Of a DNA stretch of 64,000 nt, positions 23,385-36,239 are shown piece after piece. Where the stretch lies: assembly GCF_009834535.1 (NCBI RefSeq), contig NC_045697.1:106580001-106644000 (forward strand), read 5' to 3'. The position numbers were made by a program, and so were the translations under genes. Below the pieces are notes generated by a model, which was given only the letters and a program-made list of their open reading frames with translations, did no database searches and was not told where the DNA came from. Position 1 is the stretch's first letter. The number at the start of each line of letters is the position of its first letter. The stretch is from Camelus ferus (lineage: Eukaryota).

Positions 23385-25297
23385 AAAAATATTTCCCCTG
23401 AGTTTAATTATTTGAGGGGTCTGTATCCTTTAGGGTATATAAGAGAATGCAGTGAGAATTTAATTTTCTCTAGACTATGATTAATGACTTGAAAATCATG
23501 AAGAAATGGGAGAAATAACATAAAATTTAATGTTAAATTTTCAAAGTTAGAGGTTATAGTTCAAGATAGATGAGTCTTGACAGAGGGTGATGATTTGACA
23601 TGGAAACCAGATTGAAAGCATTCATATTTGTATGGATCTCATTTGAGTATGCAAGTATGGACTTCTTGCCGTGAAGCCCTTTTGCAAATTTTGCCCATGG
23701 TTGCAAATGCAGGCTCAGAAGGTACAAAGCCTCCATAGGGTCCAAAGCTGAGCCGGCCCATCTGCCAGGGGATTCTACCACTTGTAAAAGCAGCAGCTGC
23801 CACTCCTCTGGTGTATGTTGATGTGAAAACTCCCAAGCAAAATAAAAGATTGGCATCTGGGCTTAATTTTACTTTGATAGAAACGTTATCATGCAATGTT
23901 TGTAATGATTCCAAGGGGGATTTTTAAAACAACTAATGAGAAGTCTACATTTCTCAAAATTCCCAATTGAGTTCTCATACATGCTTTTATTACAAAGGCG
24001 TCTGTCACAGAAAAGCGGGATCTTTTTTCCTTATACTAATATAAAAGGGGACTGATAAATAAGGTACTATATGCAAATACAGAAAAAAAGCTAATTTTTA
24101 TTCGAGTTTAAGGGTGCTATTTCCACATAGCAGTGGCTGTGCAGGCAAGCTTTTAAAACCATTAGAAATATATTTATGAAAATGACACGAAGAAGACTGC
24201 TTTCTTTCCAATAGCATTACCAGGGAGGGGAAGGGAGGATCACATGTAAAATATGCATCGTTGCTGTGATTCAAGGACATACGGATGAGAGGAGGGGCAA
24301 AAAGGAGAGAGTGGACAATTTTACTTGGAGAAGGTGAAAATTCTTCCTAGAAAAGGTGAGCTGAGACTTTTTTAAAAAATGACTAGACCAGGAGGAAAAG
24401 TGCATCGCATGCAGGACATTATGGAAACATCACGGAAACGTGAGGAACACCAGCAGTTTGATAGGGTATGATGAGGAGTGGATCAATCTCAAAGCTGCAG
24501 AGGTAGATGGGAACAGGGATGGTGGTTCAGGGGCTGTGTCTGCTTGGGGGTTACATCAAAACGGCACGGGTAAGTCTCCTGCATCAGGACTTTCCTTGGC
24601 CCTACAGGTGATCATTAGATGTGCTGCCGAGATTGGTAACTGCTGCCCTAGAGCATCCTCTTCAATTTTACCATACATGTCATATATGAACATTCCACAT
24701 TTTACTGTGGGGCTTCTGTGGTATGCATGATACTAAAACTCAAAACATTTCTTTAAGATTACTGCTGCAAACAAATACTCTATTATTGTCATGGGAGTTA
24801 GGATAACCTGTGTGGAAGGGATTTGAGAAAGGAGATAGAGGTCCAGGTAGGCGGCTACCTTAGTAGCTCTGGTAACAAGCCTGAAGCCAGGCAATACCCC
24901 AGGAGGAATGGATGTAAGAAAGAGGAAGGAGACATAAGGGACAAGACTTGGTCACAGATGCAGGGACGAGGAGAAGGAGAAATCGAGGGTGGCTTTGAGG
25001 TCTCTGGTTTGGATGGCCTCTGGATGAACTTAGCATAAACAGTCCCGCTGGGAATTATTCAGATCTTCCATGTGTTCCCTGCTGTTCCTGACAGTTCTCT
25101 CTCTTTCTTCTGACCAACCTTAGAACTTCACCTGTATTTGTCACGGTACTTATCATTTCTAACCATTTTCTAAAATAATGCCTATATGAGTCTGTTTAAA
25201 GTCCTTTCTATCCAAATCTAAGACCTTGCAATTCTGTGCAGTATATAAAGAAATTATGCCTCCTGGAAGTTTCTACTTTGAGCTGAAACTTCAAAGT

Positions 25298-26648
25298 CAG
25301 TGTTCTCAATATTTTATGTGTCATGGACCATCTTAGCAATCTAGGGACAATCTGGTCAAGCTAGAGATCCCTTCCAGAATAATGGTTTTTAATGCAAAAA
25401 AATAAAATAAAGATTTACAAGAGAAACCAGTTACACTGAAGCATGGTTGTCAAAATAATTTTGAAAAACAAATGTGTAACATAATACTATGTATTTTTAA
25501 TGTATTATATTTAATTAAAATATAGACAAATTGAAAATAAATTTATCTTTAAAGACTCATCAGTGGGAAGTCTGTTGTTGCTAGACCCAATAAGAACATT
25601 AAACTGTGGAGAGGCCTTTGAAAAAGCTATGGGCATGTCATGTTGCATAAACCACTGATGCCAATTGTTATTTGTTACAGGTGTTGAAAATGCTGATTTG
25701 TAAAATGGAAATTCTTACAAATGGACTGAAGCTTTTATAGCTGCCTTACAAGACAAAAATAGCTTCTATCAAGGAACACCTGAATCCTCCAAGGTTTTTA
25801 GAATTAAACTCCAATTGGAGTTTGTTTTTTTTTAACCTAAGGTTAATGAATTCCCCTTTGGCCAGTTTGTCATCATAATATACTTTATATCAAAAAGAAT
25901 AATGGTCCATGGTTCAACTTTGATACCATCAAGATAAGATAACTGGTAAAACTCTCTGAAATGTTTCCAGATGTTTGCAAATTTCTCTTTTCAAAGGAAT
26001 TGACAGAGAATTTTATATCTCATCTTCCTGGGGTAAAGCATCCACTCCAGCATTGACGGTCAGCAAGGATATTCCACGATAGTCACTTAGGCAAGAAAGT
26101 TTATAAATTTCCAGGAGTAGCCATTAAGGTGACATTAGAACTTAAGCACTCTGCTCAAAAGGCCTGGCTGCCTTACAGAGAGTTAAGAATACTTATTTAA
26201 ACTGTCTAGTTCTGCAAAATTTTAAGAAATAAGTCCTCATATTTATCAACAATCATAGATGGCTAATCCTGAAAAGCAGCTTGAGTGCCTGAGATACCGC
26301 TGTGGCACTACATGACTTCATGTTTAGTGATGGTACAGAGTCGGCCAATAGCTGGCCAGCAACACTGCATGGCATCTACAGACATGAAGACTATGATTTC
26401 ATGTGATGTTTCTAGTTTAGAAGTAACAATAAATACGAGTGATGTTCTGCAAATCTGCAATAGCCAAATTGTGATATGAAAATATCTGCAGTTTTTCTTG
26501 CTAACCAAGTCACAGATGTACTAACACGGCTGGGGTTTGTTACCTGCATTCATAACTGAAGGGCAATTAGATATAATAAAGGCATAATTTTGTTTCTGTC
26601 CAAGTTCACAGACCCTTCAAATTCTGACATCCATCCGTAGAACTCTTG
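25298..26648 (+). mobile_element. hAT-Charlie (Charlie4-like) DNA transposon fossil with transposase remnant
   Basis: Starts cagtgttctcaa, ends ...ccaagttcacagaccc...agaactcttg; 26149-26208 translates LCSKGLAALQRVKNTYLNCL, resembling the hAT C-terminal dimerisation motif. Confidence 0.7.
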
Positions 26649-27538
26649 TTCTAAAAGTAAAACTGAGATTTCAAGTTTATTTCTGAAATTCCAAAGAGAA
26701 AGTATCAAATGTAATTCTCCAAAGCTGGTGTACTCAAAACCTCATTGTCCAAACCACTTTTGAGGAGGGGAGGTGATATTAACAATTATACCAGAAGTCT
26801 CCAAACAAGATCGTCCTGGGCAAACAGAGATGTTTGGCCATGCTGCCCAAGGTAGAAAGAAGGTTAAAATGTAAGAAATACATATTGCAGAAGTCAAAGT
26901 GGTTTTATTTTGACAGAGATTCAATTCTCCCCTTTTGCAAAGAATCATAGAATCTGAGAGAATTGGCAGCTCCAATCCAAATTAATAGGTTAAATTTTCT
27001 GCTTATATCTTAGCAGATAGAATAAGCCATAGCCACCAATAATATAATTTTCTTGTGTGTGAAAATGATTTAAATGAAGTTTTTTGACATGATGCAAAAT
27101 TTGCCTTGGTCCAATACCCACTTTCTATTAAAAATTTATCCTAGTTTGGGAAAATTAGCTTAACATGCAAGTCTAAATTATTCAAGTATTTAAAAATATG
27201 ATCTTTTTATTCGATTACTGTATCATAATCTGTTGTAATCCGTGATTGTATGGTACTTTATGAGCTCCTTACACGAGAAAAGTAGACTGAGCATCAATGT
27301 GATTGACCACTTGCCTACATAACTTGGTACCTAAGGGCTTGAGTGAACAAGGTCGTTGGAGATTTCTGACCTTGATGTTTTCCCTGCAGTAGAATCCCAG
27401 TGCCCTGGAGACACAGAGGCAGGGAATGCGATAAGCCTTTGCAGTCTCTGCAATTCTTCCCAAGAGCCAAAGAAAGCTATCTTCCCAGAGAAAAACCTCA
27501 AAAGCTTAGTTAAAGTCACAGGCTTTTCTTCATGGTGG

Positions 27539-27951
27539 TGTCACCGGGAAAAGGGAAATAAGAATTACCTCGGGTCTAAGTCATCTGAAAAAAAAAGAAT
27601 TTTTGACGAGACAAAAAGCGTGATACAAGAAAGATTTTCATTAGTGAAAATTAGTGGAAAAAATAGTGAACAGTGAAAAATTAGTACACTCCCGAGAACT
27701 GCAAGTGGGCCAGTCCAAGAGAGGAAAAATGGCACCGTTCCCTCGTTTTTTCCTGTTTTTATATCCTGGTTTCATGATTGATTGATTAATTGATTGATTG
27801 ACAGCTCAGGTTCCCTGCGCTCTGGTTGATTGATAGCTCAGGTTTTTTGTGCTCTGGTTAATTGACAGTTCAGGTTCCTTGTGTTCTGGATTGTTCCTTT
27901 CCCCTCCCTCTCCCCCTGCCCAGTGCTCATTTCTATCTAAACTACCTAACA
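27539..27951 (-). mobile_element. ERV1-like solo LTR (413 bp)
   Basis: TG...CA termini (tgtca / taaca), near 4-bp TSD gtgg/ctgg, minus-strand TATA (GGATATAAAAA, 27756-27766), three tandem 32-bp U3 repeats. Confidence 0.8.
27794..27889. repeat. 3 x 32-bp tandem repeat in LTR U3
   Basis: ttgattgacagctcaggttccctgcgctctgg / ttgattgatagctcaggttttttgtgctctgg / ttaattgacagttcaggttccttgtgttctgg. Confidence 0.95.
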
Positions 27952-28014
27952 CTGGCACAAAATTGAGTGAAAGAGAAAGACTGGGGAGGAAGAGGAGAAA
28001 ACACTCCTTTTTGG

Positions 28015-28215
28015 AGGTCTGCCACATGCCAGGTGTTTAACGTACTTCCTCATTTAATAATAAACCTGTTAAAGGTGCCATTATTCCTGCTCTATGGTTG
28101 AGGGAATTTATTATCAGAAAAGGTAATTAACTTGCGGGAGCTCACAAACCTCAGAAGAGCCAGAGTTGAGTTTTGAACCTGATCTTCCAGTCCAGAGCAT
28201 TCTCCAATCCATGCT
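28015..28215 (-). mobile_element. MIR SINE
   Basis: catgccaggtg...ctcatttaat...ccattattcct...aggtaattaacttgc...tcaca...gagccagagttgag. Confidence 0.65.
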
Positions 28216-31200
28216 GACACCTCAACTCAGTCTGAGATACCAAGGACACCGTACTTGCTGTGACCCCTTCTTGCCTTTGAAATATTATGTTCGCCTCCTT
28301 CCGAGTCCAGGGTCTAAGGATGGCAGGGAGAGGGCAGGAAGGCCTGAGTCCCTGGAAGAGGAAATTCAGGTCCTCGGGAGGTATGGGTCCAGAAGCTGTT
28401 TACTTCTTATTCTTAGAAGAATAAGGTAGATAGTAAGGTTAAGTTGCTTCTGCTGTGAATGTTGTTGGGCTCCAGAAAAGGAAGTCAAGCTTTTTCAGAC
28501 CTCAAGGAAGATTTTTCCACAGCCCAATGCAATTTTCACTACGACACAGCACACTCTTTGGGCTTTGAACCAAGTCAATGATGATTTGTAGTCTTCATAA
28601 TAGCAATGTAGATTCATTGCAACATGTGTAGGAAAACATAGCTTGAAATATTGTTTCATCAATCTTTTTCGCTGTCTGTAGTTCATCCCATAATTTTGGG
28701 CCTGAGCTGTGTAACCAAAGCTGTTTCCGATTAGCCAAATTGGCTGCCACTCCCCTTTGTGTTAACGTGGAGCACAAAAGTCAACTTGAAGATAAGACCG
28801 ATTGCCCTCCTTGAGCTTTCAACAGAAATCACAGCTAATTGGAAAAGTTTCCCTTGAGATATAAACCACAGGGAAAAAAAAGGAGACAATAATGAAAAAT
28901 TATCTGAAGTTTAATATTTTACCCTGAAAGGCAGCTTAAATTTAACAGCAATTGTATTTATACAGTTTATATCCATCTACTAGATTTTTCTGTCAAGATA
29001 ACTCCACAAATGGAAATAAGATTACAATTTTTTTTAAAAAAAATGAAGATGGACACTTCATTCATTTTTTCATTCATTCAATAATTTTTTTTTGGCACCA
29101 ACAATTTTTCTCACATCAACAATATACTAGGCATTGAAAATACAGAAGTCAACAAGACAGACACAGTGCCTGCCCACATGGAGTTCACTAATAAGAAATA
29201 CAAAACTGTTTTTAAAGTACCCAGCCTTTAATCCTCAATTCTGCGGCAGCAGAATTCTATGCAGACTAAGCCAGGTGTGCAAAAAGAAGAGATCTTAAAT
29301 CAAAAGACCCAAGTTCTCACCTCAATTCTGCCACTATCTCCATGAGTATATTACTTAGAATTCTGTGTTAGAAATAATAGAAACCAGCTCATGTCAGTGG
29401 AGGCAAAAAAATAGAACTTTATTATAAACATATGTAGCAGGAGTGATTATTCCTCAACATGTAAATAGTACCAGTTTCTCTCAAAACTTTCATTCGCTCT
29501 CTACTGTCTCCCAGGTTTCCAGGTTTTTGTGATGGCCAATAAAGGTAATGAGAGGAAAGAACAAGAAACAAGGAAGCAGGGTGGGGGTGGGAGGCAGTGT
29601 GAGAACAATGAGCCAAAAATCTGAGCATGTTGAACTGTCAGTGGGAGTTCTTTTTTATTTGTCATGTGAGTAGTTTCAAAATAGGCCTGAGGAACTAGGA
29701 ATCAGGTGAAAAATGTTCTTATGGGCTGTGAGTTGTCCTCAAGAGATCCAAAAGAAGGTGGGGACTCTTTTCCAATTATTTCTTTGCACGCTATTTTATG
29801 ATTCTTGCAAACGCTGAATCAAGTAGGAGCCCTACTTCCACCAGAGTTATATTCAATAAGTTCTTCACTTCATTTGCAAGCATTATTTTCCAATAAAAAT
29901 TACAAGTGTCTTCTCTAGCCTATCCAACTTATGCACCAAGTCCTAGCACGGATGCAAGTCTCTCAGGGACCCAGGGGGAGATATACGGCCTGAAGTCAGG
30001 ACACCAGAACAATTCTCTTTCCTCCCCTCCACCCTCTCCCGTCTCCCCTCCTCCTTCCCCTCCCTCCTCCTCCTGCTTAGCCATTTATGAGAGGCAGAAG
30101 ACCAACCCCCAGAGCCCCCCTGGGCAAACAATTTGATTTTTGGTCACTCTTCCAAACTCTCTTGGAAGGACCTCTGATTGATCCAGATTGAGCCAGACAT
30201 CCACTCCTGATCCCAAAAACACTATGGGAAGGGTGCTCATTTCTGTGAGTCTTTGAATCTTTAGAACAAGTTTGTTGGTTTTATTCCCTCTGTGTTTATT
30301 TGCTTAGCTGTAAAAATGAAGATAATTTTAATTATCCAGCCTTAGCAAAGGATTACTGTGATTTTTAAGTGAGTAAATGTAGATAAAAGTAACCTGGTAA
30401 CTGTCAAGTTCTCTCTAAATGCATTATTTACATTAAAAGACTTGAAAGCAATATGTTACTTATAATTCCAAGTAGTTCCGTACTGACGCCAATTCTGTGC
30501 CTACTCTTAAACAACCCTTTTGACTTAGAGCCGGTGTGTCTGCTTTGGTGTTCAGGCAATAGGATCACCACCCAACAGCAGTGTTGGTAACACTTTGGGG
30601 GCCACAGCCCCCTCTGTATCACTGCTGGAAACTAGGGAACCTCATCCCACAAAACTCTCATACATTCCTAAACGCAACATCTTGTATATGATTTCAGGGG
30701 CTCCACAAAGCCAGTAAAGCCACCATCTCCACCTCAGTATGCAGAGAGCACCCTCAGAGGTGTGGTAACCTGCACCTCTTCTCTCCATGCTAACACGAAA
30801 GGGGAAAGTCACTTTCAATAGATTTCACTGTCACAATTGAGTAAGAGCAGAAAATCAGAGGCAGAGGCCAAAAAAAAAAAAAAAAAAGAAAAAGAAAAAA
30901 GAAAAAAACTACGTCCTATTAAAAGGTTACAAATTCCATTTTTAATCTCTCCAAAGACCATTTCCTTTTCAATCTATCAAACAGTAAGTGTTCCCTCTTG
31001 TGTCATTAAGAAGTGGGAATTAATGTATTTGTCTTGTTTATTTCCTTTGGTAGAAATTTAATTCATGGGAGTAACGCTATCCAATATGATGACTCACCAA
31101 GCTCTACTATGACAATAAAACTCTGCAAATAAATCTTATATAATATTTTTAATCAGAGCTGTATATGCAAAATCAGATGTCAGCATGTCCCCTCAATTTG

Positions 31201-32344
31201 CATTTAAATGTGACTAATTTCTAGTCAGTTTTAGTCTCAGTATGTTTGGACAGTATTCTAATTAAACTAGAAACTTGATTATTTATTCTCCTAATTGTTT
31301 GATCCATGAATGAGATAAGTGGATAAATCTGATGAGCATAAACCTGCAATCAAGATAATTTGGGCCAAATCCACTTTTTATAAACAGATCTTCAGCTTGA
31401 CGTATGTGGACATTGTCACATCAACCAACAGAGAGCTGAAGCTATTTCAATAGCTAAGGACAAACTGTCAAGTCATATTTGCTGTTGATTATCACATGCC
31501 ATCTAACACACTAAATCATATGGACATTTACGTAAATCATGGAGAACTCTAGCTAGCATCCATTCTCCCAATTAGTGTATCAGTTCGGATGATTCTTGAA
31601 GCGAATTAACCTGGATATGGCTTTGGAGCTCCTTGAGTGCCCTATGGCACTTATTTGCTCAATTGTACCCAAGTTTGCCTTCATTAAACCTGAATTAAAA
31701 CCCTGGTTACGGCTTTCACTGGCTGCATGTCCTTTAGCGAATTACTTGGCTTCTCTGCATCTAAATTTTCTTAGCCACAGAGTGGGTATGACTTGAAGGG
31801 TTCTTTGTAAAGACCAGGAAATGTGTGTACTCCACACAATGCCAAACACTTAGTAAGTACTAAATAAATGGAAAATTGTTAATGCTAGAAAGTTTACAGA
31901 ATTTTTATGAGTTTGCCAATTGTCCTCCCAGTTTGTAGACATTATCCTGCACTCAAAGGACACACAGATGTATGGTCTAGTCTTATACAATTAAAAAATT
32001 AATATCCAAACAAAAAGCAGGTGAGCATAATGCTGAAAGAGGTTATTTTTATTTGATATTTACATTTTCCTAGCTTATCTTAGCAATAGCTCTTATGACT
32101 CAGAAGCTAATTTTACCATTCAAATGTATCTTCTTTGATTTTTCTGCATATTTTGGTAATTTACTGCAGTTTTAGATACTTTATCTTTCTGTACATAATC
32201 CAAATAGTCTTAAAAATCCATATTGAAATTACCATGGTGTACTGCCTGCAAACTTGTTAAATAGATACAAAATATTATTTTTTATATTATTTGAGAAACT
32301 AAACCTAGTGGATATTTGCTGGCATTTTTAACTATTACTTTTGT

Positions 32345-32792
32345 CCACCTGGCATCTGGATCTCCCCGTGGTGTTTTGGAGGGAGGCACTTCTCCCTCTA
32401 GAAGTCTAGAAAAGCCAGCTCATTTATTTCCTGGCCTCCCCTGCAGCTAGGAGATGGGCAGACAAGGTAGGTCAACTGGTTACCCCATCACAGATACTGA
32501 ATACGGCACTTAAGACGCAAAGAGTCGGGGAGGGTGGCGGAGGGTCTATCTAACAACAGCAGCTGGGTGAAAGGGACATCCAGAGCTCTTCAGTAATGGC
32601 AGTGGTGTCCCTGACAGACCCTTTCTGTGACGTGACTGTATCTGTGGTCCTGTAGGCTGCCTCCCTCATTCTGCCTCTGATTCCAGCCATTCACAGTTCA
32701 CCCAGGCACCGGTTGCCTTCAGTCATTTCCTTTTCTGCTTAAACCAGCCCGTCTGCTTCTATTGCTTGGACACAAGAACCCTGACTGATACA
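32345..32792 (+). mobile_element. LTR16-like ERVL solo LTR
   Basis: ttcctggcctcccctgcagctagg...ttccttttctgcttaaaccagcc...ttgcttggacacaagaaccctgactgataca terminus. Confidence 0.7.
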
Positions 32793-33168
32793 CTCAATCT
32801 AAATCCAGAAGTGAAAACTTGAATGGCATTTTATAACAGGTATCTTGAATAACTGTGGAGTTTTCTCCAAAGACTAGATCAGAGTGTCTAATTCCTACTC
32901 AGTGCAACATTCAACTTAAAAACAAGCAAACAAAACCTCTATTGACCTCAAGCCTATCTCTAACCCACCACCCATTTCTCTATTTTGATTCTGTATTAAT
33001 TAGGAATAGATTTGGTTAACATAGAGGGTGAAGGATGATGATCAGGAATAGCATATGGCAGGCGCAGCCACATCCTTTAGGGCTGAGGCAGAGACACAAA
33101 GAAGGAACAGGTGTGGAGGACACCCCTACCTGCCCAGGACTGAAATGCAGACCTCCTTAAGGAGGTTT

Positions 33169-33593
33169 TGTTAGGTAGTTAGATAAGTGGGGGCACCTGG
33201 GCAGATAAGGTAGAGGAGAGGATGGAGGGTCTGGAAGGTGGTGGTATACCCACCTCCAACATAAAGGGGCTTTACATCCTGTAAATGAGTGCCAGCAAGA
33301 AACCAGTTAGATCCTGACAGCCATGACTGCGCAGTAGTGACAAGGACCTAAGCAGACATGACCCAATGCTCACTGTAATATAATCAGCATTGCAGTGCAA
33401 GCCCTCCTCCATGGGCTTTTCTGTGTGCATCATGGGTAAGGCCATGCATGACAGGGGACGAGCATGACTGAGCACTCCAGGCACAAGAGCCATCCACCAA
33501 TCAAGAGACCACCTCCACGTGAGGGTGTAAGAGAAGGGGAGACACAGACCCCTGCTCTTCTCCCTTGGATCAGCCTACCTCCCATTCTTGGAG
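33169..33593 (+). mobile_element. ERV1-like LTR, 3'-truncated
   Basis: Begins tgttaggtagttagata, matching the 5' end of the LTR at 27951 (minus); contains ccaatc; no clear CA terminus. Confidence 0.6.
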
Positions 33594-33594
33594 G

Positions 33595-34045
33595 AACTTT
33601 TTAAAGTCATTTCTATTCATGCTCCCCACACTCTCCTCCCCTCAGTATCCTACCACCTCCACCCCCCTAAAACTGTTCTTGTCAAAGTCACTAACTCCCA
33701 AACTGCCACAGCTAATGAAATGTTTCCATCTTTACATATTTTTTTTTTACTTCTGAACAGCATGTGGCACCGTTTACCACTTTCTCCTCTTGGCCTCCAC
33801 CACCCATTAAATCCTCCTGGTCTCCCTGCTCCCTCAGTGACTAGATCTTCTCAACCTTCTTGGCTATTCCTCCTCCTCTGCCCTCTTCTTTGACAACATG
33901 CTCCCTCCAAGGCAACGCAGTCAGTACCCACCATTAAATATTGTCTCTATTCTGATAGATCTTAAAATTATATCCCCAGCCCTGACCTCTCCTCTGAGTT
34001 CCATGCCTACTCCCCATCAACACTTTGCATCTTAAATGTGGCATG
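33595..34045 (+). mobile_element. L2 LINE fragment
   Basis: aaaactgttcttgtcaaagtcactaac...cagcatgtggcac...tatatccccagccctgacctctcctctgagttcca. Confidence 0.75.
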
Positions 34046-34124
34046 TCTTTCTAGGTAATTTGTTGTTTTCGATGCAATGGAAATGTTTGTGCCAGTTATA
34101 AAATTCTGGTCTTGGTTCTTGTTT

Positions 34125-34642
34125 TTGTTTTAATAGGCTTTACTTTTTTAGAGCAGTTTCAGGTTTATAGCAGAATCAAGCAGAAAATACTGAGTTCCCA
34201 TATAGCCCTCCCCACCCACACATATATACTCCCCTACCCTCAACATCCCTCATCAGTGTGGCATGTTTGGTACAGTTGATGAACCAACATGGACACAGTA
34301 CTATCAACCAAAGTCCACAGTTTACATTAGGGTTCACTCTTGATGTTGTACATTCTATGGGTTTTGACAAATGCATGACATGTAGCCACAACTATAGTAT
34401 CATACAGAATAATTTCATCTCCTTAAAAATCCCTTGTGCTCCATTTATTCATCCATCCCTCCCTCCCTCTCCCCAAACCCCTGGAAACCACGATCTTTTT
34501 ATTGTTTCTATAGCTGTGCCTTTTCCAGAACTGTCATTTGGTTGGAATTGTACAGTTTGTAGCCTTTTCAGACTGGCTTCTTTCATTTAGTAATATGTCT
34601 TTTAAGTTTCTTCCATGTCTTTCATGGCTTGATAGCTCATTT
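34125..34642 (-). mobile_element. L1MC-type 3' end
   Basis: tttttagagcagtttcaggtttatagcag...ttacattagggttcactcttgatgttgtacattctatgggttttgacaaatg...gactggcttctttcatttag. Confidence 0.85.
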
Positions 34643-34807
34643 GGACAGATGGAGCCATTTAGCGTATGTAGGTCATGTGACAATGCCTATGGTGAAACTG
34701 GTAATGACCCCCATTGCTGCAAGTACGTAAAAGGTCTTCTTCACACCCCCCCCCAAATATTAGTGTGTTGTCTCTTTCCCCAGAACGAATAAAAACACGT
34801 TAGCACT

Positions 34808-34976
34808 GGGAAGGGTATGGCTCAGTGGTAGAGAGTAAGCTTAGCATACACAAGGTCCTGGGTTCCACCCCCAGTACCTCCCCTAAAACATAAATAAATA
34901 AGTAAACCTAATTACCTCCCCCCAAGTAAAATTAAAATGAATTAAAAATTAGAATTAAAAAAAGAAAAATCCTTAA
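34808..34976 (+). mobile_element. tRNA-Ala-derived SINE (Vic-1-like) with TSD
   Basis: gggaagggtatggctcagtggtagagagtaagcttagcatacacaaggtcctgggttccacccccagtacctcc; TSD aaaaacacgttagcact (34791-34807) / aaaaacatattagcact (34977-34993). Confidence 0.9.
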
Positions 34977-35462
34977 AAAAACATATTAGCACTGTTCACT
35001 GTTATTGCTGAGGGTAAGTTTGATGTCAATGATCAATGTATTCCTACAATGTTACTGGATTATGAATTTTCCCTCTAAACAATGGGGCCATGGAAACATT
35101 TTTGTACATGGAAACACAAACTAAATAAAATGTGGATCTTTCTAAGTTATTATAATGGCAAAAGTCATAAAAATGTTTTTATCCATAGCCTCACTCCTAA
35201 AAGTGTTTTCAGATAAATATTTCTACATAGAAAAGAATGAAAATGTACAAAAATATTTGACATAGATCATAATTTAAAATCACGAATCAACTAAATTTCT
35301 AACAAAAGAGATACGTTTAAATAAATTTCTGGCATATCAATGGGCTATTAAATTTAATAATGGAAAAATGAATTAAAACTAAATGGAAAAAGTAGAACAT
35401 AAATTGTGTTTTCACTAAAACTATATGCACACACTGTGTATGTACACGTGTGGATGGATATA

Positions 35463-36015
35463 CAGTGTGTGCTGGAGCTGACCTGTGTTGTAGGTTTATG
35501 AGAGCCAGTTGCTACATTTTCAGGGATTTTGCAAGCCAGTTGTTAAACATAGTCGTTATGAAAAATTAAACAAATATCTGTATAGAGGGAGTACTATGTG
35601 CTGGTCAACACCACACATGTCTTATTTGGTGCCTCACAGATGGTTTGAAATTTGCCACCATGGGAGTATTTACACCAAGGAAATCAGCAAATGCTATAAA
35701 TCAGGGTTGATTGTTTTTGTTTTGTTGATTGTCTAGACTTAAGAAAGTGGTAGAGAATATGGTAATAATGCAATTAAACTTAAAGTGTGTCCTCTCTGTT
35801 GTCCTTACATGGTGAGTGGCATTGAAAACTGAGGCAGTATTTTTCCAGTGTTTGAAAAAATAGCCAAAAAAGACGCTCCTCTTATGGACAAATGAGTGAA
35901 GATCTTACAATACATTTTCATTTTCTCTCTTTCGTCTTAAGCATTAATGTAAATGAAAATATTAATGTTCAACCCACACTTAGAGCACCAGTTGATCAAC
36001 ATTTAACAGCACAAT
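35463..36015. mobile_element. MER63-like hAT-Blackjack transposon
   Basis: cagtgtgtgctggagctg...gagagccagttg...gcaagccagttgttaaaca...ccatgggagtatttacaccaaggaaatcagcaaatgcta...aacatttaacagcaca. Confidence 0.75.
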
Positions 36016-36239
36016 ATTTTGTGTGCCTGTAAAAACAGAGTTCATGACTGTAAGAAAGCAACTAATAAACTAAAATTATGGATGAAATACTAATTTTAAA
36101 TATTTCCATTTGTAATGATTTAAATATAAAATAATTGTTTAAAAAGTGAAAAAACATAAAAACAAACCTCTCCAGGAAATTTGACACTTTTTCAGAAGAG
36201 GTAACCTTATGGAACAACAACAATGAATTAGTTCTCTCT

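Noticed and set aside
27794..27889. CRISPR-like 32-bp repeats
   Set aside because: Head-to-tail units with no spacers, no cas genes, and a eukaryotic LTR context.
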